The notes beneath the pieces are model-generated. The model made no database searches and had not been told where the DNA came from. It worked only from the letters and a program-made list of their open reading frames with translations. Both the position numbers and the translations under genes were made by a program. From NCBI GenBank assembly GCA_053919585.1, contig CM132807.1: DNA of 64,000 nucleotides; one strand, 5' to 3'. Each line of letters begins with the position of its first letter. The first letter of the stretch is position 1. This stretch comes from Euprymna scolopes (lineage: Eukaryota). Shown here piece after piece: positions 1 to 11,689 of the stretch.

Positions 1-1660
1 GACCGAGGATCGCTTTGTATGTGACAAAGAGAACCCTATTTAGGGATCACTGAGGGTTCACATCTGGTTGCCGGTGACCAGGAAAGATCACATCGCACCA
101 GACCCTACACTGGACTATTTAGCTTCACTGAATCCACCGGATTATATGCTGGAGTAAAAGTTTACAAACTTTTCGTCAATGCTGTTTGTGATCGAACCAG
201 CTCTCCTCTTGATCACCCCGAATGCCACATGCAACCACGCACATATGGATAGCTTTCCATCAAGCTTTCCGCACAAGGAGAATACGGTTCGTCTTGTGAC
301 GATATTAGGGATTCTGGGGACCGCGTTTCCTTGCATCCACCGTAGGATACCGTACTCTTATAAGACTGTCAACCCTAATGCGCGTGTACCGTCCCTCGGC
401 CTTTCTGGACTCTTGCATTCTAATCCAAATCGAGCAAAATTTTCATTGACTTGAGACGCTGGCACGTCTTTGTCAAAAAAGATACCGTCTATATAGGCTG
501 ATGTTTCCTCCCATGATAATACCATGCTGACGATAGCCTTCATGATGAGGGGAATCATGTTCAATCCAAACCTAAGACGTGTTAGATGATATATCTTCCA
601 ATCGATCTTCACAGTCTGGTATGGCCACAGTGTCTAGTGGAATCGTACTTGGAGAAACGCTCTTCTGAGATCCAGCAGCGACACATTAGCATCTTTTTGG
701 CTTCATTCGCGCATTTTAGCAGCGCAAACATCCGCGTTGACCATCCATGTGGTTGTTAAGTTCGCGGTAATTCATCACTGTCCGCATCTTTGCCTTATTT
801 TCTGAATTACAGCCATCAACAGAATTAAGTCTTTGGAAGGTTCGAGTGTTCTGCAGCCACTCGATATTCGACCACTCCATTGTGAAGTCATTAACAAGCG
901 CGTTCATCTGCCCATGTACATGCTACGATCGTCAAATGTAGCAGTTTAGTCAGGTTCACTGATAGAGATGGCCGCACACGTGGGCACATTCCCTGTCGCT
1001 GAGTCGAACTGCACATTTAGGTCTATAAATGGGATGCCTCCCAATGTTTTTATCGCATGGATCAAGCAGATCAAACTCCAGTTGTTTTCCACGCACTAAG
1101 GCACGTTGATCCTTACATTGTCACTTTCGTTTGTTGAAAAGGTGACTACTCCTCTCCCACAGTATAAATAGGATGTACTTCCAATCGTCATGATGTCCAC
1201 CCGTACTGTCTTCCAGGATCGTCATCAATAGCATCTACTAATGTGCGCAATCACCCTGTGTCGATTAACGTCGGACACCGCATTCAATCAATGTAGACGG
1301 TAGTCTCCAGAACCCCCGCATTTACATCTTTTTGGAGGAGTAGGCTGGCGCTGATGGCTTGTCCCCTTGTTCTTTTCCCGAACAATCCTAGACTCAGTGT
1401 CCAACCTTGCCGCATCATTAACAATGTTTTCAAATCTACGACAGTCTCTTACTATGTGGCCATTGCTGCTGCATCTTCAACAGTTTACACTGGTGCTAGA
1501 GCTACTCCTGGTAAGAATGGCAGACTTATTACTGAGTGCATTTTTGATTAGATGTTCTATTATCAGAGTTTCAATATGCTGGCGTTCGATAGAGATAGCA
1601 TCAAGGAACCCCGTAACAAAAACCAGTTTTATAAGCCTTTCCATACGTGACCGAACGATA
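1..1660 (-). mobile_element. Degenerate Ty3/Gypsy-type LTR retrotransposon internal region (gag zinc knuckle, aspartic protease, RT), running off the window start
   Basis: Minus-strand translation gives a zinc-knuckle remnant (CGKVGH, ~1385-1415), protease motif LIDTG (~1254-1268), and RT motifs RLRFGLNMIPLIMKAIV and YIDGIF (ORF 358-612). Many stops and frameshifts. Confidence 0.85.
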
Positions 1661-1663
1661 TAT

Positions 1664-1889
1664 TGTCATGGAATTAATTCTTATTTTAATTACGTCATGG
1701 TTTTAAGTTGAGAACAAACGACATCGAAGTTGTATACATGTTCTTCCTACGAGGAAACACTGACTCAAAGCAGAGAAAGAAGAAAGAAAAGGTTAGCGTA
1801 ATTCTTAAATCCTAGAGATGTTTTAAGAGGAACTCGTTTCTTTCCCAAGCAGTCATCGCATTGTCTTTCTGTCCTGCTCCCGACTGACA
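1664..1889 (-). repeat. Probable 5' LTR of the Gypsy-type element
   Basis: 226-bp segment bounded by perfect inverted termini TGTCA...TGACA, directly upstream (minus strand) of the gag remnant. No PBS recognised; the partner LTR would lie outside the window. Confidence 0.55.
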
Positions 1890-4800
1890 ACAACCTCACG
1901 TAAACTGCAATCGGAATTTATGTCACTGCCACTGAACAAAAATCTGACACCCTTTTAACGAGTTAGAGTCGGAAAGACGAGGAATTTGTAAAAGAGGTCT
2001 TAAACGCTTAGGATCGGATTTAAAATTTCCATCACAAATTTTATAACCAAACACGTTAATAGAACGTGAAGTGAAAACATCGATTTATTTTGAGATGGGT
2101 GTCGAAGCAGCCCTTAAAATTACTCCAAATGACGTCATGCTCCTTTTGGTTTTATTGCAAATAGTTATGTCATCCAAATATGAAATAATTCTAGAAAAAT
2201 TGTTACCAGAGTTAAAAGATTTCATACAAAAACTGAAATGCAGGAGTCTCCTTTGTGACACTGAAAGATATGCGCTTAAATTGATTTAAAAGATTCCTAT
2301 GTAGAGAAAGACTAAGAACTGTGCCAAGTTTCGTTGCTCTACTTCTATGGGAAATGGGTCAGGAGCATTACTTATTGCACGCCCCTCGTATTAATTGGAT
2401 TTTAATTAGTAATTAAATCCACTTTTTCTAAAACTTTATGTAATTTTATCGAGGTAATGCTCTTTTAATATCTACTTACACTATTGTTTGTGCGTAAGTA
2501 ACTTTCAAGATTTTAAATCTTGAATTTTAATTCATTAAGAATTTTAAAGCAAGAGTTTTTATTCGGACATTTACATTCTTTTAAATTTGTTAGTAATATT
2601 TTTACTTAATAAAAATTAAGATAGTTATCTGGTTTCGAAAAAAATATCAAAAAAGCATTTATATGAATTTTATTCTGTAATTAATGTTAAGCGATATTTT
2701 TGAAATGCTCGATTTATAGCTTTGTTACATTTTATATTTTAATAAATAATCGATTAATAATAAATTTATAACAAATAATGTTTTCTTCACTTTAGAAAGA
2801 AATATTAAGCAAAATTATGGGGTCCGGTCATTCTTAGTTTGACGTCGACTCATAATATGTCCAAACTTCCGACTCCAAATACGACAATTTTAACTAAACT
2901 ACTTAGGCACGAATTTCTTATATTTAAGTTTTCAATATTTAATATCCCTATTATTTCTAAATACTCTGACTCCTTTCTCCTCTGACACCCCAACAAATTT
3001 TAATTCTCTCGTATTTTAAATTCTTTCTCTGCGTATATCTATCCTGTTGTAGGCTAACGAACAAAAAATGATGGCACGTATAAAGATCCTGTACTGTAGA
3101 ACTAATATGGATGTTAAAGTTCACGCTTTGCACATATACTACACTTTATATCTTACAATGCTTGTTGTCAGTTAATGTGTTCAGGCCCTCAGGAAGACGT
3201 GTCTTACTCTATAAGCGAGATTTGAGGTTACATAAGTTAGACCCAGCAGATGTACTGTCATATCAAAGAAGGAATGAACTGAGTATAAAACTTTTCTAAA
3301 ATTAAGTCCCATGCGTTGGCTAGATTAATGAACGTATGGAACGTATGGAAGTTAATTTTAGAAAAGTTCAACAAATAGTAAGAAATGCATCCACCATGTA
3401 TGATCATCCTATTAAAATCACTTGTGAAAACCTGAATAAAATAGTTTATTAAATTAATTTGAATAAAATAGTTTATTAAATTAATTGCATTTTTGAAAAA
3501 GTGTCAATAATATTAATTTCAAATAGAAACAAATCTAAATTTCTTAAATTTCTATCTTTATAATAATTGCGTTGGTGAGGTAAACTATACCTTGAAATAC
3601 ATATGTTCTGTTGTATTGTTTTTTTTCACATCGCAAAACTAGTAATATGTATAAAAAGAAAGAGGCGCCTAAGAATCAATCTGTAATCCAAAAGAACGCA
3701 AGGCTGAAAACTAGACATGAATGTAATACATCTGACCTGACGCAGTTAGAAGAATTTTTAATCAGCACGGGTAAGCAATTTTTACTATATCTACTTAATT
3801 CGTCTATTTTTAATACGATTTGTCTGGATATGTATTATCACTTATTCACGTCTATACGTATCTTACTACCTTTTATAACAGATTAAGATATGAGAACATC
3901 CGGTCGTCAAGATGAAATGTATTGAAAAAAAAACTGATGGTATGCTGCTGAGAGACAATTAGACTTTAATGATTTACAGAAAAAAATGTGAAGATCTTTG
4001 TTTCCAAATGCGCATCGTGTAAAAAAATTACGAAGAATTTCTTTTTTCCAAAGGAATCTTTCCATGAAACAATAACACATCATCATTGCAACTAAATTAA
4101 ATAATGCAAACAAGTCAGCGACGTTTAAGTTCCAGTGGGATTTCAATCATTGAAAACGAATGCGAAGGTGTATTACTTGCAAATTAATTGTATCGATAAC
4201 GAGACTCGTGTAATCTTATCTCGTGTCATATTAGGGATCGCTGCGTAACTGGGTGCTGCAAATCTGCAATTAAAGCCACCGATCCGATCTCCGCGCATAT
4301 TTTGAGACACGCTTAGACTAATTGCTTTCTCTATTATATATTTATAACAATATTGCAAATAATGCTTTTGGTGAAATGACTTTTTGGACGTTGCTATGTC
4401 ATTAACTCCGAATGTACATCGCAACATTTTGCCTGTTTTGTTCTACCATACATTTTACTCTCATTTTCTATTTATCATTATTATTCTACATTTACAATTG
4501 ATTTGTCTTCTTTTCCCTTCTCATCTATTTCTTCCTCTTCGTCATTCTTCTGCTTATTTGTTTTATTGTTCTTGTTCTTACACTTTCTCTCTCTCTCCCA
4601 ACGTATTTCTCGTTCATTCATCTTGAAAATGTTGGCACATCGCAATGGGATAATGTTTATCGAGTCAGTCTAATAGAAAATCTATTCGCTCTAACGCACT
4701 CTTTCTCAAAGCGATGCATCAAACATGTTGCCCGCGCCAGATCAGGACAAAATTATTTGCCTCCAATTAAGCATTCTGCATCAATTTGTTATTAATCTCT

Positions 4801-5007
4801 CCTAATCTATCTGACTTTCCACCTGCGTGTCCCTTTATTTGTCTATGTGTCTATATCTTCTATTAGTTAACTATCTGTTCGCTTTTTTGCTTTTTCTATC
4901 AGCGTCCTTTTCTCTCTCTTAGCTGCTTCATTGATCGTTCTGATTTCGCTATATATTTTCCGACTGTTTTATGCTGTTTTCTGTAGATAAAGATGTTGAT
5001 TAGGTCC

Positions 5008-5050
<43 letters not shown>
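5008..5050. repeat. (TA)n microsatellite
   Basis: Directly visible. Confidence 0.95.
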
Positions 5051-5055
<5 letters not shown>

Positions 5056-6029
5056 CGCATATGTATACGTATAGGCGTGGACACACAGCCATATGTGTGT
5101 ATAGGTGCGATAGCTATATGTGACAACTGCATCGTTCAAAAACGACCAGTTTATTTAAGGAAAGTGAAAAGACAATTTCCACGATCGTTATGTGTCAGGT
5201 GCAGATTTGAAGCCACAACCTCTGTCTTTTTCTCTCGCTCCATAACTTTTGTTGATTTAAATATTGATCGTTTCTCCACAAGATTGGATCGCTTTTTATG
5301 TTGTCCACACTTTTCCATTGCTGCTGCGGTATTAACGTGTACGATCAGTTGCGGAAGGAAATGATCTATTTCGAGTACGAGCCATCAATAAGCAGCACTG
5401 ATACAACTGATAACGCGGTCGAATGTGGGTATGAACGCATCAATTGTGAATATATCAATTTTCGTACTTGGAATAAATGTTATACAGAACTAGGAGTATG
5501 AAATTTGTCTAACATGTGACGTGTGAACACTGGTCCCATCAAATCACTAAAATTAAGCAACTTTGGACATGGTCAGCACAAATACCTGTAATACCAAGTG
5601 ATGATAGTATCGCAGAAGAGGTGGTTGTAAAGTTTTGTTTCTTAATATCATTTCGAAATGCATTAATTTATGTCTACCTTGGTAATCGACCTGATCACCT
5701 GGGTAAAATACTAGGGTCCTCACAATGTTTATTATTTCCAATCCTTGTTAGAGTTTAAACGATTGAAACTCATCATTCCGATTTTATATTCGTATATATA
5801 CTTTTATTGATTTACATTTAATATTTAAACTCACGAAAAATCAACGAAACTTTAGATGAATGTGTCAGTTTTGTTTTTATTACTCAGTCTCACTACTAAC
5901 AATTCGTATTACCATTTGGATGTAAGAGGTTATTTGGGACAATGCCTAGGAAAGATTAACATGTTGGTTAACGTTACATTTAAACTTCTGCATATCAGAA
6001 CAGTCAGGGAAGCAGGTAGCAAGTAGCAG

Positions 6030-6620
6030 GAAGAAAATTCGAAAGTCTAGCTGTTTGAGAGAGGACACTATTAGAATGAAAAGCCTTCTGGCAGTTAGGG
6101 AATCCAATAGCGAAGGGATGAGACTTTGTTGCTAAGCGGATTTGTATGTCGAGGGGGTACAATGGCAACAAGTTTATCAGAGCACAATCAATTAAAATAT
6201 TTGTAAAACAAGCACAGACATGTCACATTGCGGCGATGGGACAGGGGTTCGAGCTTAGTTGACAAAGTGGGACCTATTAGATTGGAAACATTTTTACTCT
6301 ATTCAAGAGGGAGAGGCTAGTAGTAGCTGCACCAGCCTAGCTGTGGCAGCAACACTCCATACATTGGCGAATGGTGGCCTTGTAGAGGTACAGGATACTT
6401 TCAGGTGTGAGTAGTTCTCTAGCTCGATAGAGAGAACTCACCTTCTTTGCAGCAGCCTTCCCAATGTCCTCTATGTATTTCTACCAGTTCATATTGCCTA
6501 TGAATAATAGGCAGAGGAGTTTGAAAGAAGAATTCTTAGGTACGGTGTTATTTGTCATGGATATCAGATGTTGGAGAGGCTTCTTTTAATTGTTAAAGGC
6601 AATATAAAGACACCAATGTA
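6030..6620 (-). mobile_element. CR1-type LINE ORF2 C-terminal fragment, degenerate
   Basis: Minus strand reads YKATIRQCMECCCH (~6345-6385), matching YKVTIRPCMECWCHIWAG of the copy at 52.6 kb. Confidence 0.75.
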
Positions 6621-7169
6621 GTTTACTATAAACAGTTACCATCTATTAATCAGTAAACTAATTTCTAATTTACTCCTTCCCATTACTATACGTTTGCTGA
6701 TCTCCCCTTTTTCAAATCTTCAATTACCGAAGTTAATGTCGGGTAAAACATTCGTTCACGTGATTTTTTTACTTTTCCTTCGAGCTGTTTTACTCATTAG
6801 TCACATTTTCTCCATTTGTATTTTAATCTTATTTTCTCCATTTACCATTTCTATTTATGTTTTGAAATAATAAGTCTGAAGTGAAAAATATATTTTATAT
6901 AAAAATTTATCTTGATATTTTTACTGTGTAGATTTCAAAATCATTTTAATCTTTTGAGTTGTTTTGTAATATGAATCACTTTTTATAATATAATGATTAA
7001 TAATGAAACAAATAGATTTATATATTGTCTTTTATTTTATTGCTAAAATAAAATTTATAGCTAAATGTCGAGTTTTTTGCTGAAATCGAAAGTAGATTTC
7101 ATTGTAAATCAATACGATATAATTTAATTTACATTACTATAATCTCTAAATAAATATCTATATTATATA

Positions 7170-7345
7170 CAGTCCTGGTGAAAATCATAAGACCACTTAA
7201 GAAAGTAAGCGTTTACGCATATTATCGAATTTTTAATCAGACAAATGGTTGAAACCATTGCCAAAAGGGAAAATATGATGGAAAAAAATGAAATCTGCTT
7301 CATTCGAAACCTTAACCCTGATCTAATAATTATTTATTAAAAAAC
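7170..7345 (+). mobile_element. Solo terminal inverted repeat of the Tc1-like family at 26785-28297
   Basis: TA followed by CAGTCCTGGTGAAAATCATAAGACCACTTAAG; ~175 bp align by eye (roughly 90%+) with both ends of the full element; truncated just before the inner direct repeat. Confidence 0.9.
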
Positions 7346-7765
7346 ATCGTTATTTCCATGGCAAGTGCTCGTCTGAGCTCCATTTTCTGGTCCCCCTCGC
7401 CAATCTTTCACGAAAAACACCCGACTAGTTGAAACCACTGTCAATAATTTTCCCTACCCTTTATCCGCGCCTAAATCAAAACATAGAACCCATGAACAAA
7501 GCTTCTTTCTTAGAAATTTACGCCTGTAGAACTCTCTGCTGCTTGCCTGTTTCCCTCCCAACTTCAACTTGGATGTCTTAAAGTCCAACACAAACAAATT
7601 CCTGATGAACCGCCCCCTTAAGTAATGACACTTTATCAAATCTCCAATACTAACTATTACTACGATACTATCCCATTGATTACTGTACACAAACTAACCC
7701 TTATCCCCGAGTGGCTTCTGGGTCTTGATATGTGGTTACCTCTATGTAAAAAACAAAAAAAAACA
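7346..7765 (+). mobile_element. 5'-truncated CR1-type LINE 3' end with 3'UTR and A-rich tail
   Basis: RYFHGKCSSELHFLVP at the start, ...CFPPNFNLDVLKSNTNKFLMNRPLK* at the ORF end; 3'UTR matches the reverse complement of 62665-62940; ends in an A-rich tract. Confidence 0.85.
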
Positions 7766-8211
7766 ATACAATTATTCACCATTACATTTTTCCCCAGGAA
7801 CTTCTTCTAAAATTCTTCTTACATGCGTATACAAAAGCGTACAAAAACGTAAAAGATAACATCGGGTCATAGTAAAAAATAATCAGCCTGATTTCGCAAA
7901 AAAATACGTAAGTTTTGTATTTAGTACATTACATTCGTCCTTAATCTGCTGGACAACGCAGACAACAAATTTGTTTCTGGTATAAATCCTCATCTAAAAA
8001 TACCTAAACATAATGAAACGTCTTAGTCCCGTTATATTTTGTCCTAATAATAATAAAACTATCGCAAATTGTCTACGATGAGGCGCTCTAAAAATTCAAA
8101 ACACCATTAAATTTAATATTACAATTATCTTTACCAGATTTCAGGAATAGATCAAAATGTTTACTGTGCTGTGTTAAAATACGTTAAATAAAATGAAACA
8201 GAGGATAACAT

Positions 8212-10040
8212 TGTGATACGCCTTGGGTTTTCTTTGACTTCAACTAGTCTATATTCATGTGAGAGGCTATAAATGCCATCACGGCTAAAAGATGGAAACA
8301 ATGAGCAGTAACTGAATCGGAAAAATCTAGCGAATCTCACGACAATGTTCACTCTACACAGGTCTGCACGCTTCTTTCTTAGAACTGCCCCCTTTGGAAC
8401 ACTGTTACGCTGGCCCGCTTCTCTATATCGTTGCCTTAAAGCCAATGTAAACAAGTTCGGAAAAATCTAACAAGTCGCACGACGATAATCCATCTACACA
8501 AGTTCGAACTCTACTGCCATCAACAACCTGCTTATTGGTGTCCAGGTGCACGTGATTTTTAGAGAACTGTGCGAGACCGTGGCCATTAAAAGCCCACGGT
8601 CGCCATCTTCGATGTTTTCATTTTTACTTAGCCCGCAGGACGGACAGATATTTTCCCTACACTCTCCCCTGATTATAGTAATGGCATACAGATCGCGAGG
8701 TTCTCTTCGAAGCGGAATTTGGGGGAGGCATGCCTCATCTTCGCTTGCACTTGCGTCCGCGGTCCGTGGGTCGAAAAAACTGTATCCTCTGGGAGACCAG
8801 TGACGTCTGCGTAACTTTTGAATATAGCTGGTGCGAGCCAGAGCGATGCCGCACTGGTCTCCGACTCCGATATTGTGTCGTCCAGGGGTGGTCATAACTG
8901 CGTTGCCAGCCACAGGTATCTAAACGTGACGGGGCACGACGACGACTCGCACTGCCTGTGTGCTCACGCCCATTAAAACGCACGTTAACCGCCGGTAGCG
9001 CCTTGTTAAGCGACGATCTGGGGAGAAGACTGGCGCTATAGATTTCTCCCCTTGTCCGTTTTCCGCACAACGAGGCCTTATTGTTGTACCGGTAGCAACT
9101 CATGCGTCTTTGTATCACTTAATCAGACGCGTCCTTCACACCGCTTCGACAGTCTCTGGAAAAATGGTTTGGCTCGCCACAGTTATAACACTTCGCGGTT
9201 CCGCATTGTCTTTTAGGATATTCCTGGCTCTGGCTAGCAACTCGTCTAGCCTTAGCTTACTGAACCTTGATGGTGCTCGCAGCAGTCGGATGTCGTTTCC
9301 TTGAGTCTGGCCAGAAAGGCGCATTGGTTGCTCGATCCACCAAACGGCGCGGCCAATATACATTGACCCAAGCCGCCGTTTGGTGGACTGCCTACAATAG
9401 CAAAGACTGCGTATAGTGCCTGTCTAATCTCCTGCAGGTTAGGTACATCCCCGAACTGCTAATAGACGGCGTACGATCCTTTGTTGAGCCTCAGTGGGAT
9501 AACTAGTGCTGGATTCTTTATTTGGCATAGCCTACAAACAAGCTCGGCATTTCCCACCACTTGACTGCAGAGGAGTCGACGGGGGCGGGCGTCAAACTCT
9601 GGAATCACTTTTAGGTCGAACCTGTCCAAAACGTAACAAAACGGCGAAATAGTATGAATAGGAAAAGTATGATGAGTCGCACGACGATGTTCACTCTACA
9701 CAGGTCTGAACGCTTCTTTCTTAGAACTGCCCGCCTATGGAACACTGTTTCGCGGGCCCGCTTCTCGACCGACCACAATATCGTTGCCTTCGAATCCAAT
9801 GTAAAGTCTTACGAGTCGCACGACAGGTTTTAACGCTTCCGACCACTCCCCACCAGCAACCTGCTTTTATGGTGCCCGGGAACTCCTCAAAATCACATGT
9901 GAAGCGTGATTTTTCGAGAACTGTGGGTGACCATGGGCATTAAAAGACCACGGTCACCTTCTTGGATCTTTTCGTTTTTCCTTCTCAGCCGGCAGGACTG
10001 AGCACGTTTTTTGCGGTAAGTCTTCTCTGTTTTCCCCACA
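8212..10040 (-). mobile_element. Internally deleted Gypsy-type LTR retrotransposon: 5' LTR (10040-~9650), gag-protease remnant (~9620-8700), PPT, 3' LTR (8661-~8212)
   Basis: Gag N-terminus FDLKVIPEFD...AELVCRLCQIKNPALVIPLRLNKGSYAVY at ~9620-9470; protease start ALPAVNVRFNG at ~9000. Direct repeats start TGTGGGGAAA (10040) and TGTAGGGAAA (8661) on the minus strand, with polypurine tract AATCAGGGGAGAG immediately before the second. RT and integrase absent; left boundary approximate; no clean TSD. Confidence 0.8.
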
Positions 10041-10854
10041 GTAACCTTATCACCTTATCCGACGGAGATGATGTAGCTTGAGAAGGTAATCTTATGCTAG
10101 TTGAAAACTACGCAGTGATCACGCAAACGTATACGAAAATTAGCAGATTCGTGTAAATTACACAAATTCGAAGAGGCTGAAAACATATGAGAGAGCGTTA
10201 GCTAAAAATAAGCCAAAGTCAACTTGCTTCGAATATGACAAGGTCAAAGAAGCAGAACTTGAATTAAGCTTAATACGCCGGTTTAGTTCTTCTACATGTA
10301 TGCGCTTGTGCATGTACGAGTGCAGTGCGCGTGCGGGTTTATGTTTCGCGAAAACGTCTAAAGAGGTGTCATCGCTATCTGTTTTGAATGTAGATAAATT
10401 GTTTTTTGCGGATGAGTGTCCAGAATAGCGTTCGCACATTTACAGAATTTATCTTACATCAATATTCGTTTGGTATTTTTGGTTCATTCATATTCGAACA
10501 AATATCGATGTTACTTCCTCATCCAACTGATCTGAAGATATTGTTTATCGCGAAATTTTTCGTGTGAAATGAAAAAGAAAAAGAAAATAGAAGAGGAAAG
10601 CGAACAGAATTGGAAACACTGAGAAAAGTGTTTTCAGTTCATTCAAATTGTATCGAATAGTGCCGAAATTATAGAATGTCATATCTATTTAGCTGAGAAT
10701 AGTAATGTCGTATATGCTCTTATACTACTGATCGAACAGTTCAAGCAATACTTCTAGACTGAAAGAATTCTAATAGTTGTCCACATTTAGATGCCAAGTT
10801 AATTTGGTGAACAGCTATATATCCTGAATTGAAAGCAAGGTTTAAGTTAATAAA

Positions 10855-10980
10855 AAGTTTCCGATGGGTAGCTATTCTGTACAAGTCCTGTAGATGAGGA
10901 GCTTTCAGTGTGTAGCTCGTCTGCGTAAGCCTCGGACTTTAGAATTTTGCAGGCAAAAAGCAAAAGATTTTTCTCGTGAC
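10855..10980 (+). repeat. Unclassified interspersed repeat, second copy inverted at 45440-45568
   Basis: AGTTTCCGATGGGTAG...GGACTTTAGAATTTTGCAG...AGCAAAA aligns with the reverse complement of 45440-45568. Confidence 0.7.
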
Positions 10981-11294
10981 AAAAGAAATATCTGATTATT
11001 TATTTTCAATAAAATAACAAATTAAGAAAATAGCACAAGACAAATAGTTGAAGAATGAAGCAATGGCTGATCATGACTAATGCTATCTAAGCCAACGTAG
11101 CTAAATCTTGCTTTCACTCTACTCTCACCATAATACCGCATCTGTACTATACACCTATTAGCGTATACATCTTTCATGAATCAACGAAAAACATACGATG
11201 ACAAATCTACTTGGGGATAGAAGAAATGAAAAACGATACCTATAATGAAAAGAAATGGGGAAAGATGTTAGTATAAAGGCTTACCCTTTTTTAA

Positions 11295-11677
11295 CTGTGG
11301 AATATACACCAATTTGCCAGTCGAAAACATGATGCGGGTCGGATCGCTTTATTACCACTACCACTTACGAAAACATCGCAAAGGAGCCCGCATCTTTAGC
11401 TAATGGTCCTGGATATGACCTAAAATTATATCGGATGGTGAGGCCCCATCTTGCGGGCCTTGGAAAGTGTGGAGCGACCCTTTAATTGCCATTGCTCCCA
11501 GGTCCACTCTTACCCGGAGTGGTAGTACCTGTTAAGGTCCCAACTATGGGTTAAATAGAATCTGATTTAAAAAAAATATATATACTCCATTAAAAATCGT
11601 TCCTCAAAATAACTAGATTCGGCATTAAATAACCTGAAAAAGGTTGATATGCCGTAAAACAAAGACAACCAACCAAC
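11295..11677 (+). mobile_element. SINE-like element
   Basis: Core GGATATGACCTAAA...GATGGTGAGGC...CCCAGGTCCACTCT...GTACCTGTTAAGGTCCCAACTATGGGTTAAATAGAA and tail GGCATTAAATAACC...GGTTGATATGCCGTAAAAC(AACC)n, both repeated in reverse at 14377-14660. 5' limit approximate. Confidence 0.7.
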
Positions 11678-11689
11678 TTTAGCTAATCA

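Noticed and set aside
4400-4620. Alternative genetic code (TAA/TAG as Gln) suggested by stops within a Glu/Gln/Lys-rich minus-strand frame
   Set aside because: Purine-rich sequence gives this look in several frames, TGA stops also interrupt the tract, and CR1 ORFs in the window end at TAA in the expected position.
4993-5364. ORFs with IYIYIY, poly-N or poly-I tracts (also 25027, 34097, 41349, 46347, 46428, 59154, 59503)
   Set aside because: Translations of microsatellites.
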